Shown here: one piece after another, positions 8,253 to 18,717 of the stretch
Numbering within the stretch: the stretch's first letter is position 1
How the letters are laid out: every line of letters starts with the position of its first letter
Virus record (IMG/VR): IMGVR_UViG_3300021431_000090
Location: 1-64,000 of that record
Origin: a virus
Lineage: Duplodnaviria > Caudoviricetes
Strand: one strand, 5' to 3'
DNA: 64,000 bases
The notes under the pieces: model-generated
Databases searched by the model: none
Seen by the model: the letters and a program-made list of their open reading frames with translations, nothing else
What the model was told of the DNA's origin: nothing
Translations under genes and position numbers: made by a program

Positions 8253-9457
8253 TGGCTGCAGACGAATTATTAAGACGTGACGGAGAGTCAGATCTTGATT
8301 ATCATAAGAGGCTCATATACGGAAAGCTCGTTGATAAGACACTCGCAGATATAGACTATTCTGAACTTGCAGAAGCGGTATACGGCAAACCGTATTCAAG
8401 CGATGTAGCTAGGAGAATGTGCTACGGCAGTAAACATACACTTGAGCTTATGGATAGCGAGGTGTTTGATACCGCTGTTTCTAAATCAAATATTGATATA
8501 ATAACTGAGCTTGAAAACAAAAAGATGGAACTCGCAAAGGAACGTCAGAAGTTTTATGACCAAAGAATGGCCTTTACAAAAATGCTTCGCGACCGTTCCA
8601 GAGAAGAGGAGCTTAACGAAATAATTGAGAACTGCATTTCAAACGGCGATCTTCCTGAACTTATTTACGAAGAAGGAATTCATAAGTATGGCAACAATGA
8701 TTTGCTCATATCATTGAACGACATACACTACGGAGCAAACATAGATAACGCGTGGTGCAGGTATAATTCTACTATATGTGCTCACATGATGAGCGAGTAT
8801 CTCGATAAGATCATAAGCATTGCAAACACACATAATAGCGAGAATTGCATAGTGTGGTGCGCGGGTGATCTGATCAGTGGGAATATACATAGATCTATTC
8901 AGGTAACGAACAAAGAGAATGTGATCCAGCAGCTTATGGGTGTTTCTGAACTCATAGCAGAGTTTCTGGCAGAATTGAGTGGGCACTTCAACACCGTTAG
9001 ATTTGTGAGCGTCGCCGGGAATCATAGCAGGCTTGAAGCTAATAAAGATAACGCTGTGCCGGGCGAACGACTTGATGATGTGGTCGAGTGGTATCTGTCC
9101 GCGAGAATGCAGAATTTTGAAAACGTTCTGATTGATGACGGGCACAAGCTTGATCACACAATATCGTTATTCTCAGTTCGTGGTAAAAACTATGCGATGG
9201 TGCATGGAGACTACGATTCGCCCAGTAAGGCTCATGCGCTGCAGGCGATGATTAAAGAGCCGATCTACGCAATGCTCTGCGGGCATCTGCATCACAATCA
9301 GACTGATGTCATACAGGGAATCAAAACGGTGATGGCCGGTAGCTTCCAAGGAGTCGACTCGTTCTGTATAGAGAAGCGGATATACGGAAAGCCACAGCAG
9401 ATGGTTTGTGTTTGCGACGAGACTGGCATTGTGTGTCACTACGACGTCGATCTTTAA
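8252..9457 (+). CDS. Calcineurin-like metallophosphoesterase with N-terminal coiled coil
   Basis: Motifs DIH, GD, GNH, HGD and GHLH in canonical order. Confidence 0.85.
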   Translation: MAADELLRRDGESDLDYHKRLIYGKLVDKTLADIDYSELAEAVYGKPYSSDVARRMCYGSKHTLELMDSEVFDTAVSKSNIDIITELENKKMELAKERQKFYDQRMAFTKMLRDRSREEELNEIIENCISNGDLPELIYEEGIHKYGNNDLLISLNDIHYGANIDNAWCRYNSTICAHMMSEYLDKIISIANTHNSENCIVWCAGDLISGNIHRSIQVTNKENVIQQLMGVSELIAEFLAELSGHFNTVRFVSVAGNHSRLEANKDNAVPGERLDDVVEWYLSARMQNFENVLIDDGHKLDHTISLFSVRGKNYAMVHGDYDSPSKAHALQAMIKEPIYAMLCGHLHHNQTDVIQGIKTVMAGSFQGVDSFCIEKRIYGKPQQMVCVCDETGIVCHYDVDL

Positions 9458-9479
9458 ATCTTAGCAAGGAGGTAGCGTG

Positions 9480-10508
9480 ATGGGGCGTAAGACAAAGATG
9501 ACTAGAATCACGAGCCCGGAAAAGACCGCATTGATAAACAAAAACAACATGCGGCTCAAGGACGAGTTTCTTATGTATCTGAAGTCTGTTCAGAGAAGCT
9601 CTGGCACTATCTCCGGGTACGATAGCGATCTGTTAATTTTATTCACATATATTCTTGATAACTTTGACAACAAGGATTTTCAGAGATTAACCAAGCGAGA
9701 CCTGATTAACTTCCAGAACTGGCTTGTTTCTAATGGTAACTCTAGTGCAAGAATTAGAAGAATTAAAGCTGCAATTAGTTCTTTATCTAATTATTGCGAG
9801 AATATTCTATCGGATGACGACCCAGACTTTGATGGGTATCGATCCATAGTAAAGAAGGTCGAGAACCCTCCGCTTCAGCCCGTAAGGGAGAAGACGGTAT
9901 GGGAAGACGAAGAACTTGAGGAGTTGTTATCTAAGCTTGTTGATAAGCAGCAATACAATAAAGCGTGCTGCCTAGCTCTCGCTATGTACAGCGGCAGGAG
10001 AAAGGCTGAGCTCACTCGATTCAGAGTTGATGACTTTACAGACGACAGGCTTGTCTGCGATGGGGCGTTATACAAGAGTTCTCCAATACAGACAAAAGGT
10101 CGCGCTGGCGGCAAATATATTCCATGCTACACACTCGCAAAGAAGTTTAAACCATACCTTGATCTTTGGATGGAAGAACGTGAGCGTTGCGGTATTGAGA
10201 GTGAATGGCTCTTCCCGCTGCCGGAAGATCCTAACGAGCATATCGGAATATCAATGTTGAATAGTTGGGCTGAAACATTTTCTCATATACAGCAGAATGA
10301 TTTCTATTGGCACGCCTTAAGACATTATTATGCAACAAGTTTGGCTCGAGCCGGTATCCCGGACGGTGTTATTCAGAGCATCGTTGGTTGGGACTCTGCT
10401 GATATGGTTAGAGTGTACAAGGATATTGACGCTGACGAAGAAATAGGAATGTATTTTAAGGATGGTGATATCTCCGTCCCAGACAAAAATGGATTCGGCG
10501 ATATCTGA
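9480..10508 (+). CDS. Tyrosine recombinase (no. 1)
   Basis: SAM-like N domain, GRRKAEL (R), KG, HALRH, C-terminal Y (VRVYK). Confidence 0.9.
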   Translation: MGRKTKMTRITSPEKTALINKNNMRLKDEFLMYLKSVQRSSGTISGYDSDLLILFTYILDNFDNKDFQRLTKRDLINFQNWLVSNGNSSARIRRIKAAISSLSNYCENILSDDDPDFDGYRSIVKKVENPPLQPVREKTVWEDEELEELLSKLVDKQQYNKACCLALAMYSGRRKAELTRFRVDDFTDDRLVCDGALYKSSPIQTKGRAGGKYIPCYTLAKKFKPYLDLWMEERERCGIESEWLFPLPEDPNEHIGISMLNSWAETFSHIQQNDFYWHALRHYYATSLARAGIPDGVIQSIVGWDSADMVRVYKDIDADEEIGMYFKDGDISVPDKNGFGDI

Positions 10509-10524
10509 GCAAAAGGGTGATTGA

Positions 10525-10983
10525 ATGAATAGAAAGGAATTTGTTAGGCGTGTTACTTCTGTAATGCGCGAAAATGATATAAGGAAGCCTATATCAATGC
10601 CGAAGCAGGTATTCCATATATCAGATGATGAAGGGAATCAAAAGGATTTCGTTCTCCAGAAGAAAGATAAGACTGCAATATTTACTGTAGATGATGTGGA
10701 CGCTGTTATAAACACATGTCTATATGTAATTGGGGAAGCTCTGAAAAAAGGCGACCATGTATCCGTTCGCGGATTCGGCGAGATAGGATTGAAGTATCGC
10801 AAGCCAAGAACACTCCGGCATGTTGAGACAGGCGAAGAGGTCAGAGCGGATGGACGCTACGTCCCGAAGTTTACTTTCGGCAATGACTTACGCATGTGCG
10901 CGAAAGTATATGAGCTATCACTTGCCGACAAGGAAATTGAAGAGGAAGAGCCCGACCTCAGCGGTTTGGATGGTGACATTTAA
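10525..10983 (+). CDS. HU/IHF-family DNA-binding protein with N-terminal insertion
   Basis: MNRKEF..., ALKKGDHVSVRGFGEI, ETGEEV, VPKFTFG. Confidence 0.85.
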   Translation: MNRKEFVRRVTSVMRENDIRKPISMPKQVFHISDDEGNQKDFVLQKKDKTAIFTVDDVDAVINTCLYVIGEALKKGDHVSVRGFGEIGLKYRKPRTLRHVETGEEVRADGRYVPKFTFGNDLRMCAKVYELSLADKEIEEEEPDLSGLDGDI

Positions 10984-12032
10984 TGTCGTTGTCAATGGTG
11001 TCCGAGAAGTGCTATTGCCCGAGGTGCGGTAGAGCTTACGGATCTAGAAAGACTGCTTTTCAGACCAGTTACGCTGCCCTCCATAAAGGTGTCGGCTATC
11101 TTCCAATATGCAAAGAGTGTGTGTCTTCCCTATTTAATTCATATCTCGAACAATGCGGTGACCAGAAGGCTGCCGTAAAACAGATGTGCAGGAAGCTCGA
11201 TCTCTACTGGAGTGAGCAGGTATATGAATATGTAGAGAAAAAGAGTTCGCAGAGGACAATTCTGTCTCTCTACATACAGCGGACGAACAATGTCTACTAC
11301 GCTGGGAAGTCGTATGATGACACATTAATAGAGATGGGTACCTTATGGAGTGATCTCCCGCCTGATGCCAAGAAGGCGCAGGAAGATGAAACTCAGGCCG
11401 AATCTGACAAAGATGACGAACAGACATCTCAGAAGTACATCGTCCACGAATTGCCTCCCATAGAGATAACAGAGGACGTAGTCGCGTTCTGGGGGCCGGG
11501 GTATACACCAGAGATGTATATTGAGCTTGAACAGCGGCTCCAATACTACAGATCACAGATGGAAGACACTCAGCAGGACATGAGCACAGACGCTCTGCTG
11601 CGGCAGATAGTAATGCTTGAGATAGATATTAATAAGGCCAGAGCTGATGGCAGAGCTGTTGACAAGATGATGTCAACGTTTAATTCTCTGTTGTCTTCTC
11701 TTGTTAAGCCGGTCAAGAAGTCTGATGACAATATGTCCGGCTCTTCTAATACACCGCTTGGCGTGTGGATTAAGCGCTGGGAAGATGAGCGCCCGCTCCC
11801 TGAAATTGACGATAGCCTGAGAGATGTAGATGGAATAGTAAAGTACGTTCTTACTTGGGTTTACGGGCATGTTGCTCATATGCTTGGTGTCCGTAACAAT
11901 CATTCCAAACTATATGAAGAGGCAATAGAAAAGTATCGTGTTAGTCGGCCAGAGTACGACGAAGAGGATGATGATACGATGCTATATGACATCTTCCAAG
12001 ATAATGGTGGTTCAGGTGACAAAACGGGATAA
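10983..12032 (+). CDS. Zn-finger protein preceding TerL; putative small terminase
   Basis: CPRC...CKEC; lies immediately upstream of and overlaps the large terminase. Confidence 0.55.
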   Translation: MSLSMVSEKCYCPRCGRAYGSRKTAFQTSYAALHKGVGYLPICKECVSSLFNSYLEQCGDQKAAVKQMCRKLDLYWSEQVYEYVEKKSSQRTILSLYIQRTNNVYYAGKSYDDTLIEMGTLWSDLPPDAKKAQEDETQAESDKDDEQTSQKYIVHELPPIEITEDVVAFWGPGYTPEMYIELEQRLQYYRSQMEDTQQDMSTDALLRQIVMLEIDINKARADGRAVDKMMSTFNSLLSSLVKPVKKSDDNMSGSSNTPLGVWIKRWEDERPLPEIDDSLRDVDGIVKYVLTWVYGHVAHMLGVRNNHSKLYEEAIEKYRVSRPEYDEEDDDTMLYDIFQDNGGSGDKTG

Positions 12033-13794
12033 GATTGCAGAGGGTGCTGCGTATTGGGGAGCCTTCTACCGTGCCAACCCATGGCGGTTCGTACGCGATT
12101 ATTTACATGTAAACTTAAAACTGTTTCAAAAGATTCTGTTGACGATGATGATGTTGTCGTCAACTTTTGCTTTTATTGCTGCACGTGGTATCGGGAAGAC
12201 ATACTTGAGCGCAATTTATGCGACAGTACGATGCATACTGTACCCTGGTACAAAGTGCTGCGTTGCATCTGGTGTACGTAGTCAGGGCGTTGCGGTAATA
12301 GACAAGATACGACTTGAGCTTATACCAAACTCACCAGAGCTTGAAGCAGAAATAGAGAGCATCAAAATCAATGGCACAATCTGTGAAATAGTATTTAAGA
12401 ACTCTAGCTTCATTCGTGTTGTAACGGCAAGTGACTCAAGCCGTGGTAACCGTGCAAACGTCCTGCTTCTGGACGAATGCAGAATGATCAACCCAAATAC
12501 GATTGATGTTGTCCTTAGGAAATTCTTAACCCAGAGACGTATGCCAAGATATTCGGAACTTACTCCCGAAGAACGAGAAAAAGAGTACGACAAAGAGAAG
12601 AATATTATCATGTATCTCACATCGGCTTACTGGCAGGACTCGTGGGTTTTCAATAAGTGTCGAGACATCTTTGTTAATATGCTTGACGATCATAAGCATC
12701 AATTTGTGTGTGGCTTCCCGTATCAATTATCTCTTGCTGAAGGTTTACTCGATAGAAGCCTGATAGAGGATGAAATGACGGAAACAGACTTCAATGAGGT
12801 TAAGTTCTCTATGGAGTACTGTGCAGAGTTCTATGGGTCGTCCGATGGGTCGTTCTTTGATTTTGGGTCAATCTCAAAGAATAGAAAGATAAAGTATCCA
12901 ATGTGTCCAGACAGATTATCTTCTAAGCTTTCCGGTAACCAATTGAAAATAACGCCGAAGCAAAACGGAGAGATACGAATCATCTCTGCCGATATCGCCT
13001 TGATGTCTTCGAAAAAGAATCACAACGACGCAACGGCAATATTTATCAATCAGATGATGCCGACGAAGGCTGGGCGATATACAAGCAATATTGTATACGC
13101 TGAAGCTTCAGAAGGATTGCATACAGAGGATCAAGCTCTGGCTATTAGGAAATTATACGACGAGTATCAGTGCGACTATATTGTGCTTGATACGAATGGT
13201 ATAGGTTTGGGCGTGTTCGATTGTCTCGTTCGTGACATAGTCGATTCTGACTCAGGAGAAGTCTACCCTGCCTTATCTTGTTATAATGACAAGACAATGG
13301 CAGACAGGTGCTCATCTCCAAATGCTGATAAAGTTATTTTCTCTATCAAAGCAAGTGCGCAGCTGAACTCAGACTGCGCAGTTCTATTAAGAGAAGGATT
13401 TAGAAGCGGGAAGATTCGTCTACTTGCTGACGACTACGACGCTGACGAGCTACTCAGCGAAGTACGTGGATACAACCAATTGAACCCAGCAGAAAAGCTA
13501 AAATATAAAGAGCCGTACATTCACACAACATTGCTCATAAATGAATTAATCAATTTGAGGCATGATGAAACAGGCGGCAAGGTAAGAATATTTGAAAAGG
13601 CTGGCATGCGAAAAGACCGCTATTCCAGTTTGTCTTACAATTATTATGTGGCGTTGCAATTAGAGAATAGGATGGTTAAAAGAAACAGTAACTCTAACAA
13701 TTCTGATTTCTTTATTATCAAGCCACCATCATCACATACGGGAAAGGCGGTGAATGCTACAAATGGCAGAAACAGAGAAACAGGCTGGAGTTAG
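12016..13794 (+). CDS. terL: Terminase large subunit
   Basis: Walker A ARGIGKT, SRGNRANVLLLDE (Walker B), nuclease ISADIA and KDRYSSL; start probably GTG 12016 or ATG 12004. Confidence 0.92.
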   Translation: MTKRDKIAEGAAYWGAFYRANPWRFVRDYLHVNLKLFQKILLTMMMLSSTFAFIAARGIGKTYLSAIYATVRCILYPGTKCCVASGVRSQGVAVIDKIRLELIPNSPELEAEIESIKINGTICEIVFKNSSFIRVVTASDSSRGNRANVLLLDECRMINPNTIDVVLRKFLTQRRMPRYSELTPEEREKEYDKEKNIIMYLTSAYWQDSWVFNKCRDIFVNMLDDHKHQFVCGFPYQLSLAEGLLDRSLIEDEMTETDFNEVKFSMEYCAEFYGSSDGSFFDFGSISKNRKIKYPMCPDRLSSKLSGNQLKITPKQNGEIRIISADIALMSSKKNHNDATAIFINQMMPTKAGRYTSNIVYAEASEGLHTEDQALAIRKLYDEYQCDYIVLDTNGIGLGVFDCLVRDIVDSDSGEVYPALSCYNDKTMADRCSSPNADKVIFSIKASAQLNSDCAVLLREGFRSGKIRLLADDYDADELLSEVRGYNQLNPAEKLKYKEPYIHTTLLINELINLRHDETGGKVRIFEKAGMRKDRYSSLSYNYYVALQLENRMVKRNSNSNNSDFFIIKPPSSHTGKAVNATNGRNRETGWS

Positions 13795-15280
13795 TACTAA
13801 GTCTGCTCCAAAGGACTTCCCTACTAATGTTTTTGGTATCTCGCAAAGATTCGCCATATTAAATAGGCTAATAACGAGAGACCTTAATAACGTTACTAAT
13901 GCTCCTACTTTTTCTTTATTTACGAAAGACGATATACAAAAATATCTTACAGACCCATATAAATATGAAAAGCAGTTAAGGAAAGCTGTCATATACATAT
14001 ACGGCGCAAGCTCTCATTTCAGACGCCTTATTCAGTACTTCGTTGGGTTGTCCGATTTGTCATATATTGTTGAGCCTTATCGAATTGATCCGAGGAAGGC
14101 AAACAAGAAGATGACAAATAATAACTACAGAAAAGTTTTGAATATGCTGTCGTCTATGAGTATTAAAACGCAGTTCCCAAAGATACTGACTGTTTGCCTC
14201 AGAGAAGATGTGTATTATTGCACAACATGGATAACTAGCGATAGCATTACATTCCAGCAGCTGCCTAGCGATTACTGCGCTATTTCTTCGATTGAAGGCA
14301 ATGTGCCGAATGTAACTTTCGACTTCTCGTATTTTGATACTCGAAGGGATCTTCTGCAGAATTATCCTGCAGAGTTTACTACAAAGTATAACCAGTACAA
14401 GAAAAGCAAGAGGCTTCGCTGGGTGGAGCTTGACGCTCCGACATCCTTTGCTATCAAGTGCAATACCGATATCATGGATTATGCGATCCCGCCGTTTGCT
14501 GGGCTACTCAGAGAAATATTTGATCTTGAAGATTACAAGCAACTCAAACTGACAAAGGAAGCTATTGAGAACTATGCAATGATTGCTATGAAGCTTCCGA
14601 TGGATGATGATGGTAGTTGGGGTATTGATCTTGATAAGGCAAAAGAGTTCTGGATGAATTTGGATTCTGTACTCCCTGAAGAGGTAGGATCTATCCTGAC
14701 TCCGATGGATTTATCCAAGATCAGCTTTGAGAAGTCTAATACGGCTGACACCGACACGGTTGCAAATGCGGAGCAAAATCTATTCACGGCTGCAGGCGTA
14801 TCCTCCCTCTTGTTTAATAATGAGAAGGCTAGTGCGAACGCTCTTCTTCTCAGTATTAAAAACGACCAGGAAATTACGTACGGGATAGTAAAGAGCATTC
14901 AGGATGCAATCAATAGATTGATTCAGGCTCAGAGCTATGGGAAGAACTTCACAGTAAACTTCCTTGATGTAAGTACTTATAACAGAAAAGAAGTAGGAGA
15001 TGCATATCTCAAGGCCGCTACGTACGGTTTGCCAACTGTAAGCGCTTATGCTGCATCGCAAGGAATAGGCCAAGCTGAGTTAGACGGTATGAGCTTCTTA
15101 GAGAATGAAGTACTTGGCATACACGAGTTATTCAAGCCGCTTATGAGTTCTTCTCAAATGAGTTCTTCCGCGCAAGAAGAATCTCAGGGAGCAACAGACG
15201 AAGGTGGTGCTCCAGAAAAAGATATCGACGAGCTCACTGACTCAGGGGAACAATCTAGAGAAGACGGTGACGATTGGTAA
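13763..15280 (+). CDS. Portal protein
   Basis: About 505 aa directly after TerL, acidic C-terminal tail (GGAPEKD). Confidence 0.8.
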   Translation: MAETEKQAGVSTKSAPKDFPTNVFGISQRFAILNRLITRDLNNVTNAPTFSLFTKDDIQKYLTDPYKYEKQLRKAVIYIYGASSHFRRLIQYFVGLSDLSYIVEPYRIDPRKANKKMTNNNYRKVLNMLSSMSIKTQFPKILTVCLREDVYYCTTWITSDSITFQQLPSDYCAISSIEGNVPNVTFDFSYFDTRRDLLQNYPAEFTTKYNQYKKSKRLRWVELDAPTSFAIKCNTDIMDYAIPPFAGLLREIFDLEDYKQLKLTKEAIENYAMIAMKLPMDDDGSWGIDLDKAKEFWMNLDSVLPEEVGSILTPMDLSKISFEKSNTADTDTVANAEQNLFTAAGVSSLLFNNEKASANALLLSIKNDQEITYGIVKSIQDAINRLIQAQSYGKNFTVNFLDVSTYNRKEVGDAYLKAATYGLPTVSAYAASQGIGQAELDGMSFLENEVLGIHELFKPLMSSSQMSSSAQEESQGATDEGGAPEKDIDELTDSGEQSREDGDDW

Positions 15281-15285
15281 CTAAT

Positions 15286-15462
15286 ATGGAGTATTCATTT
15301 ATATACGTCTTCAACGCCGATGATAAAGAGAAACTTATAGAGAATTCATACAATTTATTGAAGGCTGATGAAGATAATAATATTTATGTGTTTGAGCACA
15401 GTGACGACGAGTTTGAAAAGCTTGGCGTCACTTTTGTATTATCTAACACTTTGACGTTTTGA
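15286..15462 (+). CDS. Small hypothetical head-region protein
   Basis: 58 aa between portal and protease. Confidence 0.6.
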   Translation: MEYSFIYVFNADDKEKLIENSYNLLKADEDNNIYVFEHSDDEFEKLGVTFVLSNTLTF

Positions 15463-15505
15463 CAATGCGGATGCAAGGAAAGAAACAAATTTGGAGGTGG
15501 TCATC

Positions 15506-17065
15506 GTGAACCATTTGATGAAGCTTCGTTTTGATGACGCTTCTATTACTAACCTTGAAGATATTAATCAGTCGTTTGCATGCGGAAATCTCAGGGTTAT
15601 GTATACAGGAGAGAATCCGAACGGAACAGATTTTTCAAAGGAAGTAATTGAGGCCGCTCTTCCTACTATCCGTAACGTACCGATAGTCGCCCATTATGAC
15701 ATTGAGGAAAACGAGATTGGGTCTCATGACATGGAAGTTGTTGCAGACAAGGATGGTAATCTTCGTCTTCGCAACCTGACTGAACCATGCGGTGTTGTGC
15801 CAGAAAGTGCTGTTGCTACTTTTGAGATAGCAACCGATGCGTCTGGTGTTAGCCACGAGTACCTCAATATCTCTCCAGTAATTTTATGGAAGCGGCAGGA
15901 AGTATATTCCCATATTGTTAATGACCTTGATGGCAAGGTCGACCACTCTATGGAGGTTAATGTAACTGCATATCATAAAAATAAAGATTCGAATACTGTC
16001 GTTGTAGACTCTTTCGAATTTCAAGCACTTTGCCTGCTTGAGAGCGCAAGACCGTGCTTTGCTGGCAGCGAGCTTGAACTGTATTCCATCGGTTCGTTTA
16101 AAGAAAAGATGGACAATATGATGGCAGAGCTCAAGGAGGCTTACTCCCTGGGCGAAATTCAGGTCAATGCTTCGGAAACGGAGATTGATATAAATGCTGA
16201 TTACGATACGGAAGGAGGAAGAGTTTTGGACGAAAAACTGAATCTGCTTGAAGAGTACGCAATTGACAAGGACACTCTGGATTTTTCGCTCGACGATTTC
16301 TCTCTTGAAGAGCTGCGTGAAAAGTTTGAAGCAATAAAGGAGGAGCGGGCCGAGGCGGAGCGTGTTGCGAAGTTTGAGCTGTCTTCCAATATGCGTAAAG
16401 CTCTCTGCGATGCTCTTCAGGAAAAGACAGTACAGAAAAACTGGGGTGAGTACCAGCAGTACTGGCTTGAAGATTTCGATATGGATGCCGGAATGGTGTA
16501 CGCATGCGATTGCGACAACTACAACATCTACGGATTTTCCTATGCAATGGACGGCGATGTAGCTGTCATTGATTTTGAATCCGGCAAACGGATGAAGCGC
16601 GCATTTGTTGAGTATAACGAAGGCGCTGAAGATGATGTTGTTGCCACTATGTTTGCTGACATCGAAAAGCACTATACCGAAAGTGAAGCGCAGCTTAATG
16701 AAAAATATAATGCTGTCTCTGATGAGCTTGAACAGCTCAAAGAGTCTACTGCTGATATTGCAGAGCTGCGGAAATTTAAGGCCGATGCAGAAGCTTCTAA
16801 AGCAGAAGCTGATCGTGAGGCTGTGTTCGCACAGTTTGAAGATCTGAGTGGCATCGACGCTTTTGAAGATCTCCGTCAGAATAGTGCGGAGTATGAGCTT
16901 GAAGCTCTTGAAGAGAAGTGCTACGCAATCCGTGGTAGAAACGGGTTTAGCGCTAAATTCTCCACAGAAGAGAAAGCTCCGAAGATCATGGTCGTAAAGA
17001 CCGAAAAGAAAGTTGGACCGTACGGCGATCTGTTTGAGCGTTACGGTACCAATGCAAAAGATTAA
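15506..17065 (+). CDS. Prohead protease fused to scaffold
   Basis: N domain with NPNGTDFS, SMEV and ALCLL motifs typical of phage prohead proteases; acidic coiled-coil C-terminal half; RBS GGAGG before GTG 15506. Confidence 0.75.
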   Translation: MNHLMKLRFDDASITNLEDINQSFACGNLRVMYTGENPNGTDFSKEVIEAALPTIRNVPIVAHYDIEENEIGSHDMEVVADKDGNLRLRNLTEPCGVVPESAVATFEIATDASGVSHEYLNISPVILWKRQEVYSHIVNDLDGKVDHSMEVNVTAYHKNKDSNTVVVDSFEFQALCLLESARPCFAGSELELYSIGSFKEKMDNMMAELKEAYSLGEIQVNASETEIDINADYDTEGGRVLDEKLNLLEEYAIDKDTLDFSLDDFSLEELREKFEAIKEERAEAERVAKFELSSNMRKALCDALQEKTVQKNWGEYQQYWLEDFDMDAGMVYACDCDNYNIYGFSYAMDGDVAVIDFESGKRMKRAFVEYNEGAEDDVVATMFADIEKHYTESEAQLNEKYNAVSDELEQLKESTADIAELRKFKADAEASKAEADREAVFAQFEDLSGIDAFEDLRQNSAEYELEALEEKCYAIRGRNGFSAKFSTEEKAPKIMVVKTEKKVGPYGDLFERYGTNAKD

Positions 17066-17084
17066 TTTATAGGAGGAAAATACT

Positions 17085-17603
17085 ATGGCTTATGCTGTTG
17101 TTCGTACGGACAAACTGATGGGCACGGATGTTCGTTCCATGCTCGAATCCGTTAAGTACATGGGTGCAGGCTCCACTGCGACTGCAATTCAAAATGGTAA
17201 TGTTGTGAAACTCGACGGCTCTCTGCTGGCTGACTCCGATGGAGTGACCATCCGCGAGATTAAGAAGGGTGTTACACCCGCTGCAAGTTCCAAGCTCGAT
17301 GAGATCGTTCTGGTCGCTTCTCCTGAAGTGATTTATGACGAGTCCGTTCGCGGCCTTGAGAAGTACATCAATGAGGCTGGCAAGATCGTGCGTGGCTACC
17401 ACCTGCACTCCGGCGACATCTTCTCCGTGACTGAGGAAGCATTCGCAAATGCAAACCCCGCTGTTGAGCAGGTTGTTGAGCTTAAGGCTGACACCAAACT
17501 GAATAACGTTGCTTCCGCAACTTCCGGTTCTACCGTGATTGGCAAGATCATTGCTAAGGACGTTGTTGGCCGCCTTACCTTCTACGTCATTCAGGTAGCA
17601 TAA
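17085..17603 (+). CDS. Head decoration / capsid stabilising protein
   Basis: 172 aa between scaffold and capsid, strong RBS, highly-expressed codon bias. Confidence 0.65.
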   Translation: MAYAVVRTDKLMGTDVRSMLESVKYMGAGSTATAIQNGNVVKLDGSLLADSDGVTIREIKKGVTPAASSKLDEIVLVASPEVIYDESVRGLEKYINEAGKIVRGYHLHSGDIFSVTEEAFANANPAVEQVVELKADTKLNNVASATSGSTVIGKIIAKDVVGRLTFYVIQVA

Positions 17604-17633
17604 TTTATTATTACAAGATTGGAGGATATTACA

Positions 17634-18647
17634 ATGGCTGATATGAAAGATATTGTAAAGCTCGCTGTTGATAATTATCGTGGCAAAGTACAGCAGTACT
17701 CTGCAGGCGAGGCTAATGAAGTTCTCCGCCAGGCTCTCATCGAAGCCAACGGCGGTTCCACTAAGCTGAACTATAAAGCAATCCGTGATGGCAAGTGCAA
17801 CGGTCTGTTCGCTCTCGTAGAAGAGATTCTGGCTGCTACCATCGTTGAAGGCATTCAGGAAAATGATTTCTTCATGAACATGGTGGACTTCCACAATGTT
17901 GCAGAAGGCGACTCCCCTGTTTTCGTTACCGAAGACAGCACCCTTTTTGTTGTTGCTGAAGCAGCAGACGGCACCCAGGGCATCCGTCGTCAGCGTCTCC
18001 CTGGCGAGAATGAGTACACCATTCCGACGACCTTCAAGGCTGTTCGTATTTATGAGGAACTGAATCGCGTTCTGTCCGGTCGCGTTGATTTCAACGAAAT
18101 GATCAATCGTGTTGCTCAGTCCTACCAGCAGAAGATTCTTGATGACGTCTATGCTGTGTGGAGCAACATCACCGCTGCTCAGCTTGGCGGCGCTACTTAC
18201 TATGTTTCTTCTGGTTCTTACTCCGAGAGCGATCTGCTTGACATGGTAGCTCATGTTGAAGCAGCTGCTGGCGGCAGAGTTGCAACTCTGATTGGAACCA
18301 AGAAGGCTCTTCGTACAATCGCTCCCTCTGTTCAGGGCATCGATTCTCAGAACGATCTGTATCACCTTGGCTACTACGGAAGCTTCTACGGCTCTCCTGT
18401 GTTTGCTGTTCCTAATCGCCACAAAGTCGGCACCACCACTTTCGTTCTGCCCGATGATGTTATCACCATCGTTGCAACCGACGAGAAGCCGATTAAGTTC
18501 GTCTACGAGGGCGATCCCCTTGTGATCATGGGCGACCCGAAAGCTAACGGCGACCTCACCCAGGAGTACTTCTTCGGCCAGAAATACGGTCTTGGCATCA
18601 TCCTCAGCGGTGACAAGAATACCGGCATTGGCCGCTACGAGTTCTAA
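17634..18647 (+). CDS. Major capsid protein
   Basis: About 337 aa, position, strongly biased codons, followed by a terminator. Confidence 0.85.
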   Translation: MADMKDIVKLAVDNYRGKVQQYSAGEANEVLRQALIEANGGSTKLNYKAIRDGKCNGLFALVEEILAATIVEGIQENDFFMNMVDFHNVAEGDSPVFVTEDSTLFVVAEAADGTQGIRRQRLPGENEYTIPTTFKAVRIYEELNRVLSGRVDFNEMINRVAQSYQQKILDDVYAVWSNITAAQLGGATYYVSSGSYSESDLLDMVAHVEAAAGGRVATLIGTKKALRTIAPSVQGIDSQNDLYHLGYYGSFYGSPVFAVPNRHKVGTTTFVLPDDVITIVATDEKPIKFVYEGDPLVIMGDPKANGDLTQEYFFGQKYGLGIILSGDKNTGIGRYEF

Positions 18648-18669
18648 TTATAGTACTGTAGCAAATTAC

Positions 18670-18696
18670 AAGCGGGGCTAACAACCCCGCTTTTCT
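18670..18696 (+). terminator. Intrinsic terminator after the capsid gene
   Basis: AAGCGGGG-ctaacaa-CCCCGCTT TTCT. Confidence 0.8.
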
Positions 18697-18717
18697 AATG
18701 GATTAAAGGAGATTAAT

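Noticed and set aside
12016-13794. Intein or intron in terL (also considered for the RNAP and nrdD)
   Set aside because: Sizes are normal, frames are continuous and no splicing motifs were seen
17067-18422. 451-aa antisense ORF, and similar ones at 22078-22926 and 48174-49019
   Set aside because: Antisense shadows of strongly codon-biased genes
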